Below, piece by piece: positions 9,978 to 19,271 of a stretch of 64,000 nucleotides of DNA. Each line of letters starts with the position of its first letter. The first letter of the stretch is position 1. The notes beneath the pieces are model-generated. The model had not been told where the DNA came from, did not search any database, and saw only the letters and a list, made by a program, of their open reading frames with translations. Origin of the DNA: an uncultured archaeon (GTDB taxonomy: Archaea; Asgardarchaeota; Lokiarchaeia; Sigyniarchaeales; SOKP01); the NCBI GenBank assembly GCA_964486045.1, contig CAZALK010000006.1, positions 1 to 64,000 on the forward strand, read 5' to 3'. Made by a program: the position numbers and the translations under genes.

Positions 9978-10676
9978 TTACTTTAAACTACTATCCCCAT
10001 CATTAAATTTGGCTCTTATATGTGAACCATTGCAATAAGGCTTATTATTTGATTTTCCGCATCTGCATATGGTTACTCTGTTTCTGGTTTCATATTTTGT
10101 GCCATCTCCGGATTCAAGTGGAATGTTTCCTTTTAACCAGATTGGTCCACTCACTCTAGCTTGAGGGTCTTCAATTAGGCTTATTGAAGGCTCAAATTCA
10201 GGTTCAATCGGACTTTTTGTTTTTTTATCCCAAACAACTAGCCTTCCTGATGGACAGTTGCAGGCTGATTGAATACCGTTCTTTTTTGATACAGGATTGT
10301 GGGAATTTTTAATACTAATTCGGATTCCTTCACCTAAGTGGCAGAATCGCGCTGAAACGCAAAATTCTCGAGCATCAGTTAGATCAACTTCAGAACCCAT
10401 TATTTTTTCAGCTACTTCCATGTATTTTTTACGACTAGCGGTTTCAGTACCTTCAAATTTAACTGTAATATGAGTTCCATCACAAAAAGGCTTGTTTTTG
10501 GATTCTCCACATCTACATAAAGCATAGGAATTTTGTAGTGGATATGTTTCTCCTTGTTTCCATTCCTCTGGTTCACCGCTTTCACCAACAATTGCAATTT
10601 CTTTTTTTAGTGGAATGGTTCCTGAAACAATATAAGGTCCGTCTTTTGATATAGTTACTTTTTGGTTATTTTTCAT
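9978..10676 (-). CDS. CDGSH iron-sulfur domain protein (two CDGSH domains around a Cys-rich centre)
   Basis: LCRCGESKNKPFCDGTH and ICRCGKSNNKPYCNGSH; central CVSARFC...CPSGRL. Confidence 0.92.
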   Translation of the reverse strand: MKNNQKVTISKDGPYIVSGTIPLKKEIAIVGESGEPEEWKQGETYPLQNSYALCRCGESKNKPFCDGTHITVKFEGTETASRKKYMEVAEKIMGSEVDLTDAREFCVSARFCHLGEGIRISIKNSHNPVSKKNGIQSACNCPSGRLVVWDKKTKSPIEPEFEPSISLIEDPQARVSGPIWLKGNIPLESGDGTKYETRNRVTICRCGKSNNKPYCNGSHIRAKFNDGDSSLK

Positions 10677-10736
10677 TTACTTTAACAAAACATTAGCAGA
10701 TTTAAGATTTGTTATTTCATTTTTATGATTTAAATA

Positions 10737-11246
10737 ATGTATGTAAAATATACAACTGCAACGGATTGGTTCAATGCCACCGTAATTTCTGATGGAATTA
10801 ATGACACATATTGGAATGATGATAATAGTTACGACCCAGCAATTGCGGTTGATAATAGCGATGTAGTTCATGTGGTCTGGGAAGATCACACGGATGGCGT
10901 TTGGGGGACAGATAGGGAAATAATGTATGGTGAATACACCTCTCCATTAGGTTGGTCTACACCTAAGGTAATCTCAGATGGGTATGGTGGTGTTTATTGG
11001 AATGATGGAGATAGCTTTAATCCAGCAATTGCAGTGGGTAAAGTGAAGGTTCACATAGTCTGGGATGATGACACTAATGGTATGTGGGGGACAGATTATG
11101 AAATTTTTTTTACAAGTAGATCAATTCCAGCAACTTTAGCACTGTCATCAACAACCATACCTGGTTATGACATTTTTCTAGTAGTACTTGGAGTATGTGC
11201 CGTGACTTATCTTTTCATTAGAAGGAAACAGAAAAAAATTAAATAA
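10737..11246 (+). pseudogene. C-terminal remnant of a repeat-containing surface protein with an IPGY-TM-basic (Loki-CTERM-like) tail
   Basis: Two repeats VISDG...YWND..S..PAIAV...VH(V/I)VW.D.T.G.WGTD.EI; starts mid-repeat with no signal peptide; ends IPGYDIFLVVLGVCAVTYLFIRRKQKKIK. Confidence 0.65.
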
Positions 11247-11466
11247 TATTTTATTATCCTTTTTGTTTTTACATTAATTGCATATTCTTTATTTGTAATT
11301 GGGAATACATCTTCTTAAGTATCAAACTCTCTATAATTCAGTTCTAAATGAGAACATTTTTATTTTTTGATTTGATATTTAACTAAGTAATCTCTACTTT
11401 ATTTAGTAGATATTGATATAATTTAGCATTTTCATATTCTTTGATTTTTTAGGTGTTAAAATAGCG

Positions 11467-11661
11467 ATGACGGAATTTCTAAAGCAACTAAAGGAATTAG
11501 GTGAAGAGTTCCTCGAAACCCTTCGACATAAGACTAAATTAAGTACGATTTTTGATCTTTATACTGAAAAGGTTATCCCCTCTTTTGTATCAGAAAAAGA
11601 GCTAAAAGAATATTATGAAAAAAGAATGGAAGAAGTTAATGATTTTATAGATAAATTATAA
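11467..11661 (+). CDS. Small helical hypothetical protein
   Basis: 64-aa ORF, AGGTG upstream, co-oriented with the next gene. Confidence 0.6.
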   Translation: MTEFLKQLKELGEEFLETLRHKTKLSTIFDLYTEKVIPSFVSEKELKEYYEKRMEEVNDFIDKL

Positions 11662-11685
11662 TATTAATGTGGGTGTAAATATAAT

Positions 11686-12375
11686 ATGGTTGAAGAACAA
11701 GTAGTTTCAGAAGATCCGAATAAGTTAAACCCGAAAGTGATCGCGACCGATGTACTCTATGGTGCAGTAAAGGGATTAAGCGGGTTATTCTTTAAAGCAT
11801 TTATGAACTTAAGAATTGAGGGTAAGGAAAACATACCAATAAGGGGAAAAGCGATTTTAACTACAGTTGCAAAGGATATTATTCGCGATATGTTAATAAT
11901 CAGCCAAGTATCTGGTCGGAAAATACATTTTATGATTGATCCAAAAATGATGAAACATCAAATTCTTGGTCCGGTTCTTAAAAGTCTCGGTATGATTCGT
12001 GGGACTGAAAGTAAAGACGATACTGAACCGATCGAAAAAATCTTCAACATACTAAATCAGAAGGGAGACCTTGTTGCTATGACGCCAGAGGGTAAACGCG
12101 ATCGAGAAGTACAAGTGAAATCAATGGCAGCAATAATTAAATTCGCAATTGCAACTGATTCGCCAATTATACCGATAGCTATATCAATGGAAAAGGCTAG
12201 AATCTTGAATATATTTAAAGGACAAGCTATTAAAATATCTGTCGGAACTCCATTACAAATTGAAAAAAGGTTAAATCGCGAGAAAAATCGAAATGAAAGA
12301 TACGAACTTGCCGAAGATATAATAAAAATTATTGAGAAACTCGGTAACACTCCTGAAATTGAGGGATTTGAATAA
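11686..12375 (+). CDS. Lysophospholipid acyltransferase (PlsC-like) fold protein lacking the catalytic His
   Basis: IEGKENIP..GKAIL, IHFM, TPEG, PIIPIAI, ISVGTPL; the HxxxxD block reads TTVAKDIIRD. Confidence 0.8.
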   Translation: MVEEQVVSEDPNKLNPKVIATDVLYGAVKGLSGLFFKAFMNLRIEGKENIPIRGKAILTTVAKDIIRDMLIISQVSGRKIHFMIDPKMMKHQILGPVLKSLGMIRGTESKDDTEPIEKIFNILNQKGDLVAMTPEGKRDREVQVKSMAAIIKFAIATDSPIIPIAISMEKARILNIFKGQAIKISVGTPLQIEKRLNREKNRNERYELAEDIIKIIEKLGNTPEIEGFE

Positions 12376-12443
12376 TATTAATGATACCTGACTTATTATT
12401 TCAGTTTTTAACTTATTTTTGATATTTAAAGGATTTTACTAAT

Positions 12444-13232
12444 TTATTTAAATTGTTCCAACAGTTCTTGATGTTCTTTCATATGTTTCTTTCTATTTTT
12501 TTCACTTAACCCATTAATATATTTCATATTTACTCTGTAATCTGAGAATCTCCCTTCTGGGGGTTCTTTCAACCACTTTTCTTTGGGATGTCTTAATCCA
12601 AAATATAGAAATATTAAAAAAAACAAAATTAGACTATAAAGACTACTTCTTGAGTACCTAGTAGATAAATCAGGTGAAAAATATAACTCCAAAATATGGA
12701 AAATGATAATTATAAGAACTGAAATCACTGCATAATTTCCAATTTTAGCCATTTTGGTTTGACGGTATCTAGCATCCCAATATCTCCCGTGATACCCATC
12801 TGTTTTATCACAATATTTATTAATAAATCGAGAGTACCTTTTTCTTCTAAAAGGATTTTTTCCCCACATAATTCCATCCCCACTTGCTATTGTGTCAATT
12901 ATAAAATGACCACAGTAAATCCCTACTACTGAAATCAAAAAGTAAAGAGGAAAAAAATTGAGTATGACACTTATTACAAAAAGGATGATAACTGGGGAAA
13001 AAATGAGTGGAAAATGCGTTAGGGAATTCAAGTGATGTTGGTATTCCATGGTGAGCTTTAATCTCCCTTTGCTCTTAATAAAATAATATATTGCATCGAA
13101 ATCAGGAAGTAATGAGAAGTAAACTATCGCGTTGAAATAATAACTTGGGATAATAAGCGATCTGGTCCAAATTATATATATTAGATAATAAAAAAGAATA
13201 CCAAATGCACTATGATGCTCGAGTCGACTCAT
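12444..13232 (-). CDS. Membrane-bound metal-dependent hydrolase (YdjM-like)
   Basis: HHSAFG, LLPDFD, HH..SLTH, GHFIID plus TM helices. Confidence 0.8.
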   Translation of the reverse strand: MSRLEHHSAFGILFYYLIYIIWTRSLIIPSYYFNAIVYFSLLPDFDAIYYFIKSKGRLKLTMEYQHHLNSLTHFPLIFSPVIILFVISVILNFFPLYFLISVVGIYCGHFIIDTIASGDGIMWGKNPFRRKRYSRFINKYCDKTDGYHGRYWDARYRQTKMAKIGNYAVISVLIIIIFHILELYFSPDLSTRYSRSSLYSLILFFLIFLYFGLRHPKEKWLKEPPEGRFSDYRVNMKYINGLSEKNRKKHMKEHQELLEQFK

Positions 13233-13433
13233 TTCATAATCCTAATTAATATCAAAGCATTCCATCAAACATGATAAGGATTATTTATAATGGATTAAAA
13301 AAATTATTGTTATAAAGAATAATCCTTGACTAACTAAAAAAAAGGAAATTTATACTAAGGATCCAAAAATAATAAAAACTACTGTTATACATAGATTTAA
13401 AAATAGAAAATCAAATTATTAATAGATAACCTC

Positions 13434-13826
13434 TTGGTTAAAGTCGTACAAGATTTTTGGATAATAACTCAAGCTGGAAAAGTTCTGTATAAGCGAGTTT
13501 TTAATGTAAAAATGCATGCTCAATTATTTGGAGCTCTTTTAAGTGCTTTAACTTCATTTTCGAAGGAAATTACAAGTTCAGGTCTCACTAATTTTCAATC
13601 AAGTTCATATAAATTTACGATATTAAAAAAAGAACAGTTTGATTTTGTCGCAACATCTAATAGTAGTGATAAAGTAAAAAAAGTTCAAGGTGATTTAAAA
13701 AAGATTTCAATAAAATTTTTTAAGAAATATGCTAACATTTTAGCCAATTGGGATAATTGGAATCAAAATACAGATGATTTTTCTGATTTTGAGGAAATTA
13801 TTAAAGATTATTTGAAAGATCTTTAA
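13434..13826 (+). CDS. Stand-alone longin-domain protein
   Basis: WIITQAGKVLY...QLFGALLSALTSFSKEI...FFKKY...FSDFEEII, a sedlin/sybindin-like longin pattern. Confidence 0.75.
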   Translation: MVKVVQDFWIITQAGKVLYKRVFNVKMHAQLFGALLSALTSFSKEITSSGLTNFQSSSYKFTILKKEQFDFVATSNSSDKVKKVQGDLKKISIKFFKKYANILANWDNWNQNTDDFSDFEEIIKDYLKDL

Positions 13827-13949
13827 AAATTTTTGAGAAGATTTGTAAAAAACTTCTTTTTTCAATTTTCGGAAAAATAGTATATAAATTTATCAACCCT
13901 ATTACCACTTCAAAAAAGAGAATTATCACAAAATTAGGGAATAATAGAT

Positions 13950-14471
13950 TTGGGTTCTTTTGTATTCAAAATTATCTTATGTGGAGATTATGGAGTCGGT
14001 AAATCTACATCAATTCATAGGTTTGTAGAAAATAAATTCAAAGCAAATTATGTCCCCACCTTGGGAGTTCAAGTAACAAAAAAATCTCTTGAGATTAATG
14101 GGAATAGTGTAGATTTGATGATATGGGATCTTGCTGGACAAGATAGATATGCTATGGTTCGACAAAGATTTTACACCGGTGCCGAAGGAATTCTCATGTT
14201 GTATGATGTTACGCGAATGTCTTCACTAAAAAACATTAAAAAGTGGCACAATGAGGTGTCTAGGTTTGTTAAACAAATTCCTATCATATTAATTGGTAAT
14301 AAAATTGATTTAATAGAAAAAAAAGAAGTAATGAATGCTGATGTCAAGAGATTTTTGGAAGAAAATAACATCAATGTAAAATTAAAAATCAAAACTTCAG
14401 CTAAAGATGGAGTGAATACAGAACAAGCGTTTATTTCTTTAATAAAATTATTAATATATAAGAATGGTTAA
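13950..14471 (+). CDS. Ras-superfamily small GTPase, Rab-like
   Basis: G1 GDYGVGKST, G2 YVPTLG, G3 WDLAGQ, G4 NKID, G5 TSAK; no C-terminal Cys. Confidence 0.96.
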   Translation: MGSFVFKIILCGDYGVGKSTSIHRFVENKFKANYVPTLGVQVTKKSLEINGNSVDLMIWDLAGQDRYAMVRQRFYTGAEGILMLYDVTRMSSLKNIKKWHNEVSRFVKQIPIILIGNKIDLIEKKEVMNADVKRFLEENNINVKLKIKTSAKDGVNTEQAFISLIKLLIYKNG

Positions 14472-14567
14472 GGAAGGGATGCTTGTTATAGCCATAATGT
14501 GTAAGTTAAAATAACCTAAATCGAATTTTCATAATATTTTATAATAATATAACTGGATGAGGCAAAA

Positions 14568-15653
14568 TTGAAAAAGCCCTATTTTTTTTATGTCATAGAT
14601 TCTTCAGGAATATGTTTATTTTCTTATAATTTTAAAAAAAATATTGAAATGTTTCAAAAAGACCTCTTTAGTGGTTTTATAACTGCCATTTCTCTTTTTT
14701 CTTCAGAATTAAATGAAAAACTGGGTTATACTGATGAATTTGGACGACTTCCAGCAATTCCTCTAAATTTACTCTTTGAAATTATGATTTCATATATCAA
14801 TCCAGTAATTGGGGTTCTTGTTGTCGAAAAAAAAGACATTGATAAAGATATGAAAGCTTTTCTAAATGATACTTTAAAGATATTTTTATTAAAATTTAAT
14901 AACAGATTAGAAAATTGGGACGGCGAGATTGAATCATTTCGATCGTTTAAGGAGGATATCGAAAAAATTTTTAAGAAAATGGAATTATTTTCGTTTCAAA
15001 TTCCAAAAATGAGAGATATTTCTGTAAGTAATAATATTTTGAATGAAAATTATTTAACTGTTATCAAAGAAATTGATGGGAAGAAGAGTATTAAAGAAAT
15101 TTCACAAAAATTGAGTAAATCCCTGGACGAGATAAAAACTATGATTTCAAGCTTATTATGGAGTGAATTAATAACTTTAAGTGAAAAAGTTTATGAAGAT
15201 GATATTTTTGAACCGAAAAAAGATTTATTCTATTTAATAAGAACCAAAAATTTAGAACCTGAAATGGTAGAATTAGAGCTACCAAAAGAAAAATTAATAG
15301 AACATAAATTATTAGGGGCGATAGATGGGTTCAAAACAGTCTATAACCTCTCAGTGGAATTTCCAAATTTATCAATTTATGAAATTAAACGTTTTCTCTC
15401 ATTATATCTCTCAAAAGGGTCATATATCGAAAAGGTAGAGTTATTTCCTCAAATTATAAACATTGATGATGAATTATTAGGGGAATTGACAACGGAAGAT
15501 CTTGTAGTATCTTATTCCTTAGAGAATATTTGTGATGGTGAACTATCACTAGAAGATTTATCAATAAAAATTGGTTTTTCTATTAGGGATATAAAAAAAA
15601 TACTTGATCTCCTTGGAAAACATGTTTTTTATAAGAAAAAATATGTAAAATAA
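14568..15653 (+). CDS. Longin plus tandem winged-helix protein (NPRL2-like architecture)
   Basis: N-terminal longin (VIDSSGICLF...DLFSGFITAISLFSSEL); three repeats IDGKKSIKEIS / IDGFKTVYNLS / CDGELSLEDLS. Confidence 0.7.
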   Translation: MKKPYFFYVIDSSGICLFSYNFKKNIEMFQKDLFSGFITAISLFSSELNEKLGYTDEFGRLPAIPLNLLFEIMISYINPVIGVLVVEKKDIDKDMKAFLNDTLKIFLLKFNNRLENWDGEIESFRSFKEDIEKIFKKMELFSFQIPKMRDISVSNNILNENYLTVIKEIDGKKSIKEISQKLSKSLDEIKTMISSLLWSELITLSEKVYEDDIFEPKKDLFYLIRTKNLEPEMVELELPKEKLIEHKLLGAIDGFKTVYNLSVEFPNLSIYEIKRFLSLYLSKGSYIEKVELFPQIINIDDELLGELTTEDLVVSYSLENICDGELSLEDLSIKIGFSIRDIKKILDLLGKHVFYKKKYVK

Positions 15654-15849
15654 CAAATTTAACAAAAAAAATAATTGATTAAACTTCAAATCTTCTGATT
15701 TATCATTTGTTAACTTTATTCTTCAATTGATCTAGTCCTGGCTTTTATATTATACTAAATCATTAAAATAAAAAAGGAATTTGAAATATTAATGAGTCTT
15801 AAACAGCCTTTACCAAAAGTAAGGAATAAGTAAGAATCCACGATCATTA

Positions 15850-16464
15850 TTATCTTTCATTCCAATGTACAAAGATCTGGAATTTAAATGCCTTTCCTTT
15901 ATATTCCCCATCGCTTATAGCGGAAAGTTTAAAACCGTTGTGCTCATGCCAATAAACAGAGGCTTTATTAAATAATGGCTTTTCTACGATAAAAGCGACA
16001 ATTGGGGTTGTAATCTTTAATAAAGCTTCCTGATACATGGTAGTGCCAACTCCCTTACGCTTATATTCTGGCAAAACACTCACTTGGTCTAAGTAAGCAA
16101 ATTCTGTTTTTTCGTTAATAAGTAAATGGTTTGTTTTTTTGTCCTCGAAAGAGAGATTACCAATGACATCGCGAACCTTAACTATCTTGTACTTATTTCT
16201 ATGAATACTTATAAACCCCATAATTTTGCCCGTTTTATTTTTGGCAATATAAATGTCGATACCAAGATCTTCGATTAACTCCTTGTAATAATCGATATCA
16301 ACTTCTTTTCGTAGAAATCCTTCTTCTTCTAATTTTTTTCTTTGTTTTTGAGGGATTTCATCAACATCTCTTATTTCTATTAAATTTTGCTGAAGAGCAT
16401 TAAGAATCCCTTCAGCATCATCAATACTAGCAATTTTGATATTAATTGTGGATTCCGAAGTCAT
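15850..16464 (-). CDS. GNAT family N-acetyltransferase
   Basis: YLDQVSVLPEYKRKGVGT, N.ASVYWHEHNGF. Confidence 0.9.
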   Translation of the reverse strand: MTSESTINIKIASIDDAEGILNALQQNLIEIRDVDEIPQKQRKKLEEEGFLRKEVDIDYYKELIEDLGIDIYIAKNKTGKIMGFISIHRNKYKIVKVRDVIGNLSFEDKKTNHLLINEKTEFAYLDQVSVLPEYKRKGVGTTMYQEALLKITTPIVAFIVEKPLFNKASVYWHEHNGFKLSAISDGEYKGKAFKFQIFVHWNER

Positions 16465-16646
16465 TTAAAGTTTTACCTTGAAAAGTTAATTTACAACATC
16501 ATAAAATTAAAGTATATCATATAATTAAAATTGCTTTATTCTAAGCACTACTAAGAGACTTGTTCATAGTTTAAAAAATATATAAAAACCAGAATTTTTA
16601 AATAATTGACATGATTAGGTTTAGTTAAAACTTTTATGGGATAGTT

Positions 16647-18041
16647 ATGACATATTCAACATCAGAAGAAGAATATACATTTAAAGTAACGCTTGTATTC
16701 TGGAAATTTTATGAATTAGGTCTTTATTTTGAGCTCCCAGAAGTACGCAAATTTCTTGAAAAAGAAGGAACGTTAAAATTATACAAAGATTATCGATTTA
16801 AAATTACACAAGAAGATGGTACTAAAGTAGATCAACCGTTAAAATGGATTTCAAGTCAATCTCATAAATATGCTCCAGTGTGTTTCAAAATTGCGGAATC
16901 GGATAGATTTTCTTGCGTTACAGATCCACATATAGTAGGGAAAATTAGGTTAGAAGGGCATATTCATTATGGATCGGTACTGGTGATTCATTGTGAGTTA
17001 ATATTTGACAATTATCATAAAATTGAAGATTTTATTGAAATTTCTCAACCATCTAATATGATTCTTCAGAGTACAAGTAGACCTATAACTGAAAAATTTA
17101 TAGAGATTAGAGATAATGTTATAACCCTGTTGAAAAAAGCAAATTATCCTGACAAATCAAAATTAGAGTCGTCATTAGAGCCATGGCACCACACTTGGAT
17201 TATTTGGGATGCTAAACCAGATTTTATTAGAGCTGATTATAGATTTGTTGGAGAAGAAATTGGTAAAAATGCGCAGTATTCAATTGGATTAACCTTAAGA
17301 ACAGATAAGTATCATGTCTTAGATCCAGTGGCGTATAGGGATCAAATTAACCTTAAAAACCTCTCTCCTTATATTGACGAATTTGTTATGATAACTCATG
17401 CGGGAAATGTGGTTATTCCTGGACCAGGTCTTCTCGATCCTCATACAATGAAAAATTTCTTAATTGATACTCTATTTGGACCTGAAGTTGGAAATGTCCA
17501 AAGATTTTTGATTTTAATGCATATGGAGAATATTTTAGTTGTAGCTGAAAAATTTGATAGGATTATCTCAGAAACTAGGGCACTGGAAGAAGAATTAACC
17601 TTAAATGACAAAATAGATAGACTGGAACAATTAGAGACTGAACTTAATAGAATTATACTTGAATTAAATAAAGATGTAATAATTTCTAAAATAACCCGGC
17701 TTCTCTTTACAAGCACATTTAAAACAAGCATGTTTAATGAGCAAATAGATAAATTAGATGGCTTTACATTTTCAAAAGCAACTGATGATGTAATCGCGAG
17801 AATTAGGAAAACACTAAATAGACAGAGAAATACTCTTAATACTAAATCTGCTGCTATAGAAAATAAATTTCTAGCAATCCTTAATTACTTAGCTGTGTTT
17901 GAAATCGCGATTTTGATAATTTCATTAGCGCTAGGTGATTTATTTGAAGGAACTCTGGTAGGAATTGTTCAGATAGTGATTGCCGTCTTTGTTGTAATTT
18001 TCGCATTCGTTGTTTATCGAATGCAAGAAAAAAGATTGTAG
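16647..18041 (+). CDS. Hypothetical membrane protein with CorA-like topology
   Basis: Soluble domain, long helices, then two C-terminal TM segments; no GMN motif. Confidence 0.6.
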   Translation: MTYSTSEEEYTFKVTLVFWKFYELGLYFELPEVRKFLEKEGTLKLYKDYRFKITQEDGTKVDQPLKWISSQSHKYAPVCFKIAESDRFSCVTDPHIVGKIRLEGHIHYGSVLVIHCELIFDNYHKIEDFIEISQPSNMILQSTSRPITEKFIEIRDNVITLLKKANYPDKSKLESSLEPWHHTWIIWDAKPDFIRADYRFVGEEIGKNAQYSIGLTLRTDKYHVLDPVAYRDQINLKNLSPYIDEFVMITHAGNVVIPGPGLLDPHTMKNFLIDTLFGPEVGNVQRFLILMHMENILVVAEKFDRIISETRALEEELTLNDKIDRLEQLETELNRIILELNKDVIISKITRLLFTSTFKTSMFNEQIDKLDGFTFSKATDDVIARIRKTLNRQRNTLNTKSAAIENKFLAILNYLAVFEIAILIISLALGDLFEGTLVGIVQIVIAVFVVIFAFVVYRMQEKRL

Positions 18042-18118
18042 AGATAGATCTAACAAATATTTCTCTAAAATCATCTATTTTTTTTAATTTAAATAAAAAT
18101 GAAAGAAAAAAAAGAAAT

Positions 18119-18613
18119 TTAATATCTTGTTCTTGTAGCCTGAATTCGAATTTTTGCCTTGATATTCTCATCGGCATCTTGAACAATTTCATATGTAGTT
18201 TTCTGCGGAAGTTTAATTTCAAAATCCCGCTCAGCTACAGTCTGGTCTTTTTTCAAGTGATCCATTTCTCGTATAATTACTTTTAAGTGTTCTATAGATT
18301 CTTTTCCCCTTTTGACTGTCTTAAATTGGCTCCATAATGATAAATCTGCTTTTGATGTAAAAGTCTGATTCTTTTGGAGCTTTATTACCCCTTGATTTGG
18401 GAATCTTGCTTTGAAAGTTTTGGGTCCATCTATCTTAAAATAAAATTCTCCTACTCTTCCAAATACATCATAATCCTTTCGAGTTTTTAAACTCATAAGA
18501 TCAAGACTAATTAAAAAGCGTTCCTTCTCTTCTCCAACATTATCTTGTGTGAAAGTTTCTCCTTTTGCATGGGTTTTCTTACCCTTTACGTAAATACGTC
18601 GTGCGATAACCAA
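18119..18613 (-). CDS. Hypothetical beta-rich protein, possibly C2-like
   Basis: DYDVFGRVGEFYFKI...LKVIIREMD...DQTV. Confidence 0.5.
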   Translation of the reverse strand: MVIARRIYVKGKKTHAKGETFTQDNVGEEKERFLISLDLMSLKTRKDYDVFGRVGEFYFKIDGPKTFKARFPNQGVIKLQKNQTFTSKADLSLWSQFKTVKRGKESIEHLKVIIREMDHLKKDQTVAERDFEIKLPQKTTYEIVQDADENIKAKIRIQATRTRY

Positions 18614-18779
18614 ACACCTTTAATTTTGATTTTACTTGAAAATATTTGTTAACCTAAATATAGTGTCAAAATATATATGCTTTCTTTATTGAATTATTAA
18701 ATTTTTAATATAAGAATCACCAATATCTTTATCTTAGTCAATAATGACATTACGAAGTTTCAAAATCAAAAAGAGGCGA

Positions 18780-18950
18780 TTATTCCTTCTTGTTTTTATT
18801 AATAATAATGAATTCTTCTACTCGTCTTCTTATAGCATCAATAATAAATTCGGAATGAGATCTGTAACCTAGTTCTCTTTGATCTTTTATCAGTTTCGTA
18901 ATAGTTTCGACTAGATCCTCAGGTATCCTAACTGTTCGATAGTTTGGCAT
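18780..18950 (-). CDS. Ribbon-helix-helix (CopG/NikR-like) regulator, 56 aa, not in the ORF track
   Basis: Manual translation MPNYRTVRIPEDLVETITKLIKDQRELGYRSHSEFIIDAIRRRVEEFIIINKNKKE*. Confidence 0.85.
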   Translation of the reverse strand: MPNYRTVRIPEDLVETITKLIKDQRELGYRSHSEFIIDAIRRRVEEFIIINKNKKE

Positions 18951-18994
18951 TGCTGGAAGATTACTACTTTTCCTTTAAATATAAATGTTTACTG

Positions 18995-19014
18995 TTGTGT
19001 CAGATATGACATAA
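18995..19014. promoter_or_regulatory. Putative operator 1
   Basis: TTGTGTCA-GATA-TGACATAA, an 8-4-8 inverted repeat with 1 mismatch. Confidence 0.55.
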
Positions 19015-19168
19015 CCTCAACTCACAAATATTTTAGAATTTTCTTTTCTTTTAAAATTTGTTTTTCTTCTCTATAAGTTTAACAACTTTGTTAAAAGAAA
19101 AAGACGTTTTTTAGACATTCTCTGAAAAATAGTAAAATATTTATATATATTTTTGATAGATTCATAAA

Positions 19169-19188
19169 TTGTGTCATAATTGTAACAA
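19169..19188. promoter_or_regulatory. Putative operator 2
   Basis: TTGTGTCA-TAAT-TGTAACAA, same left arm and spacing as operator 1; lies just downstream of TATA-like TTTATATA (~19140). Confidence 0.5.
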
Positions 19189-19271
19189 ATTAGCACTTAA
19201 AGAAAGTATGAATTATTCATGCTACTCTTATAAGATCTAGGGTATGAAGATAATTGAGAGTTTAAATAGAG

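Noticed and set aside
16647-18041. CorA magnesium transporter
   Set aside because: Topology is similar but the GMN signature is absent
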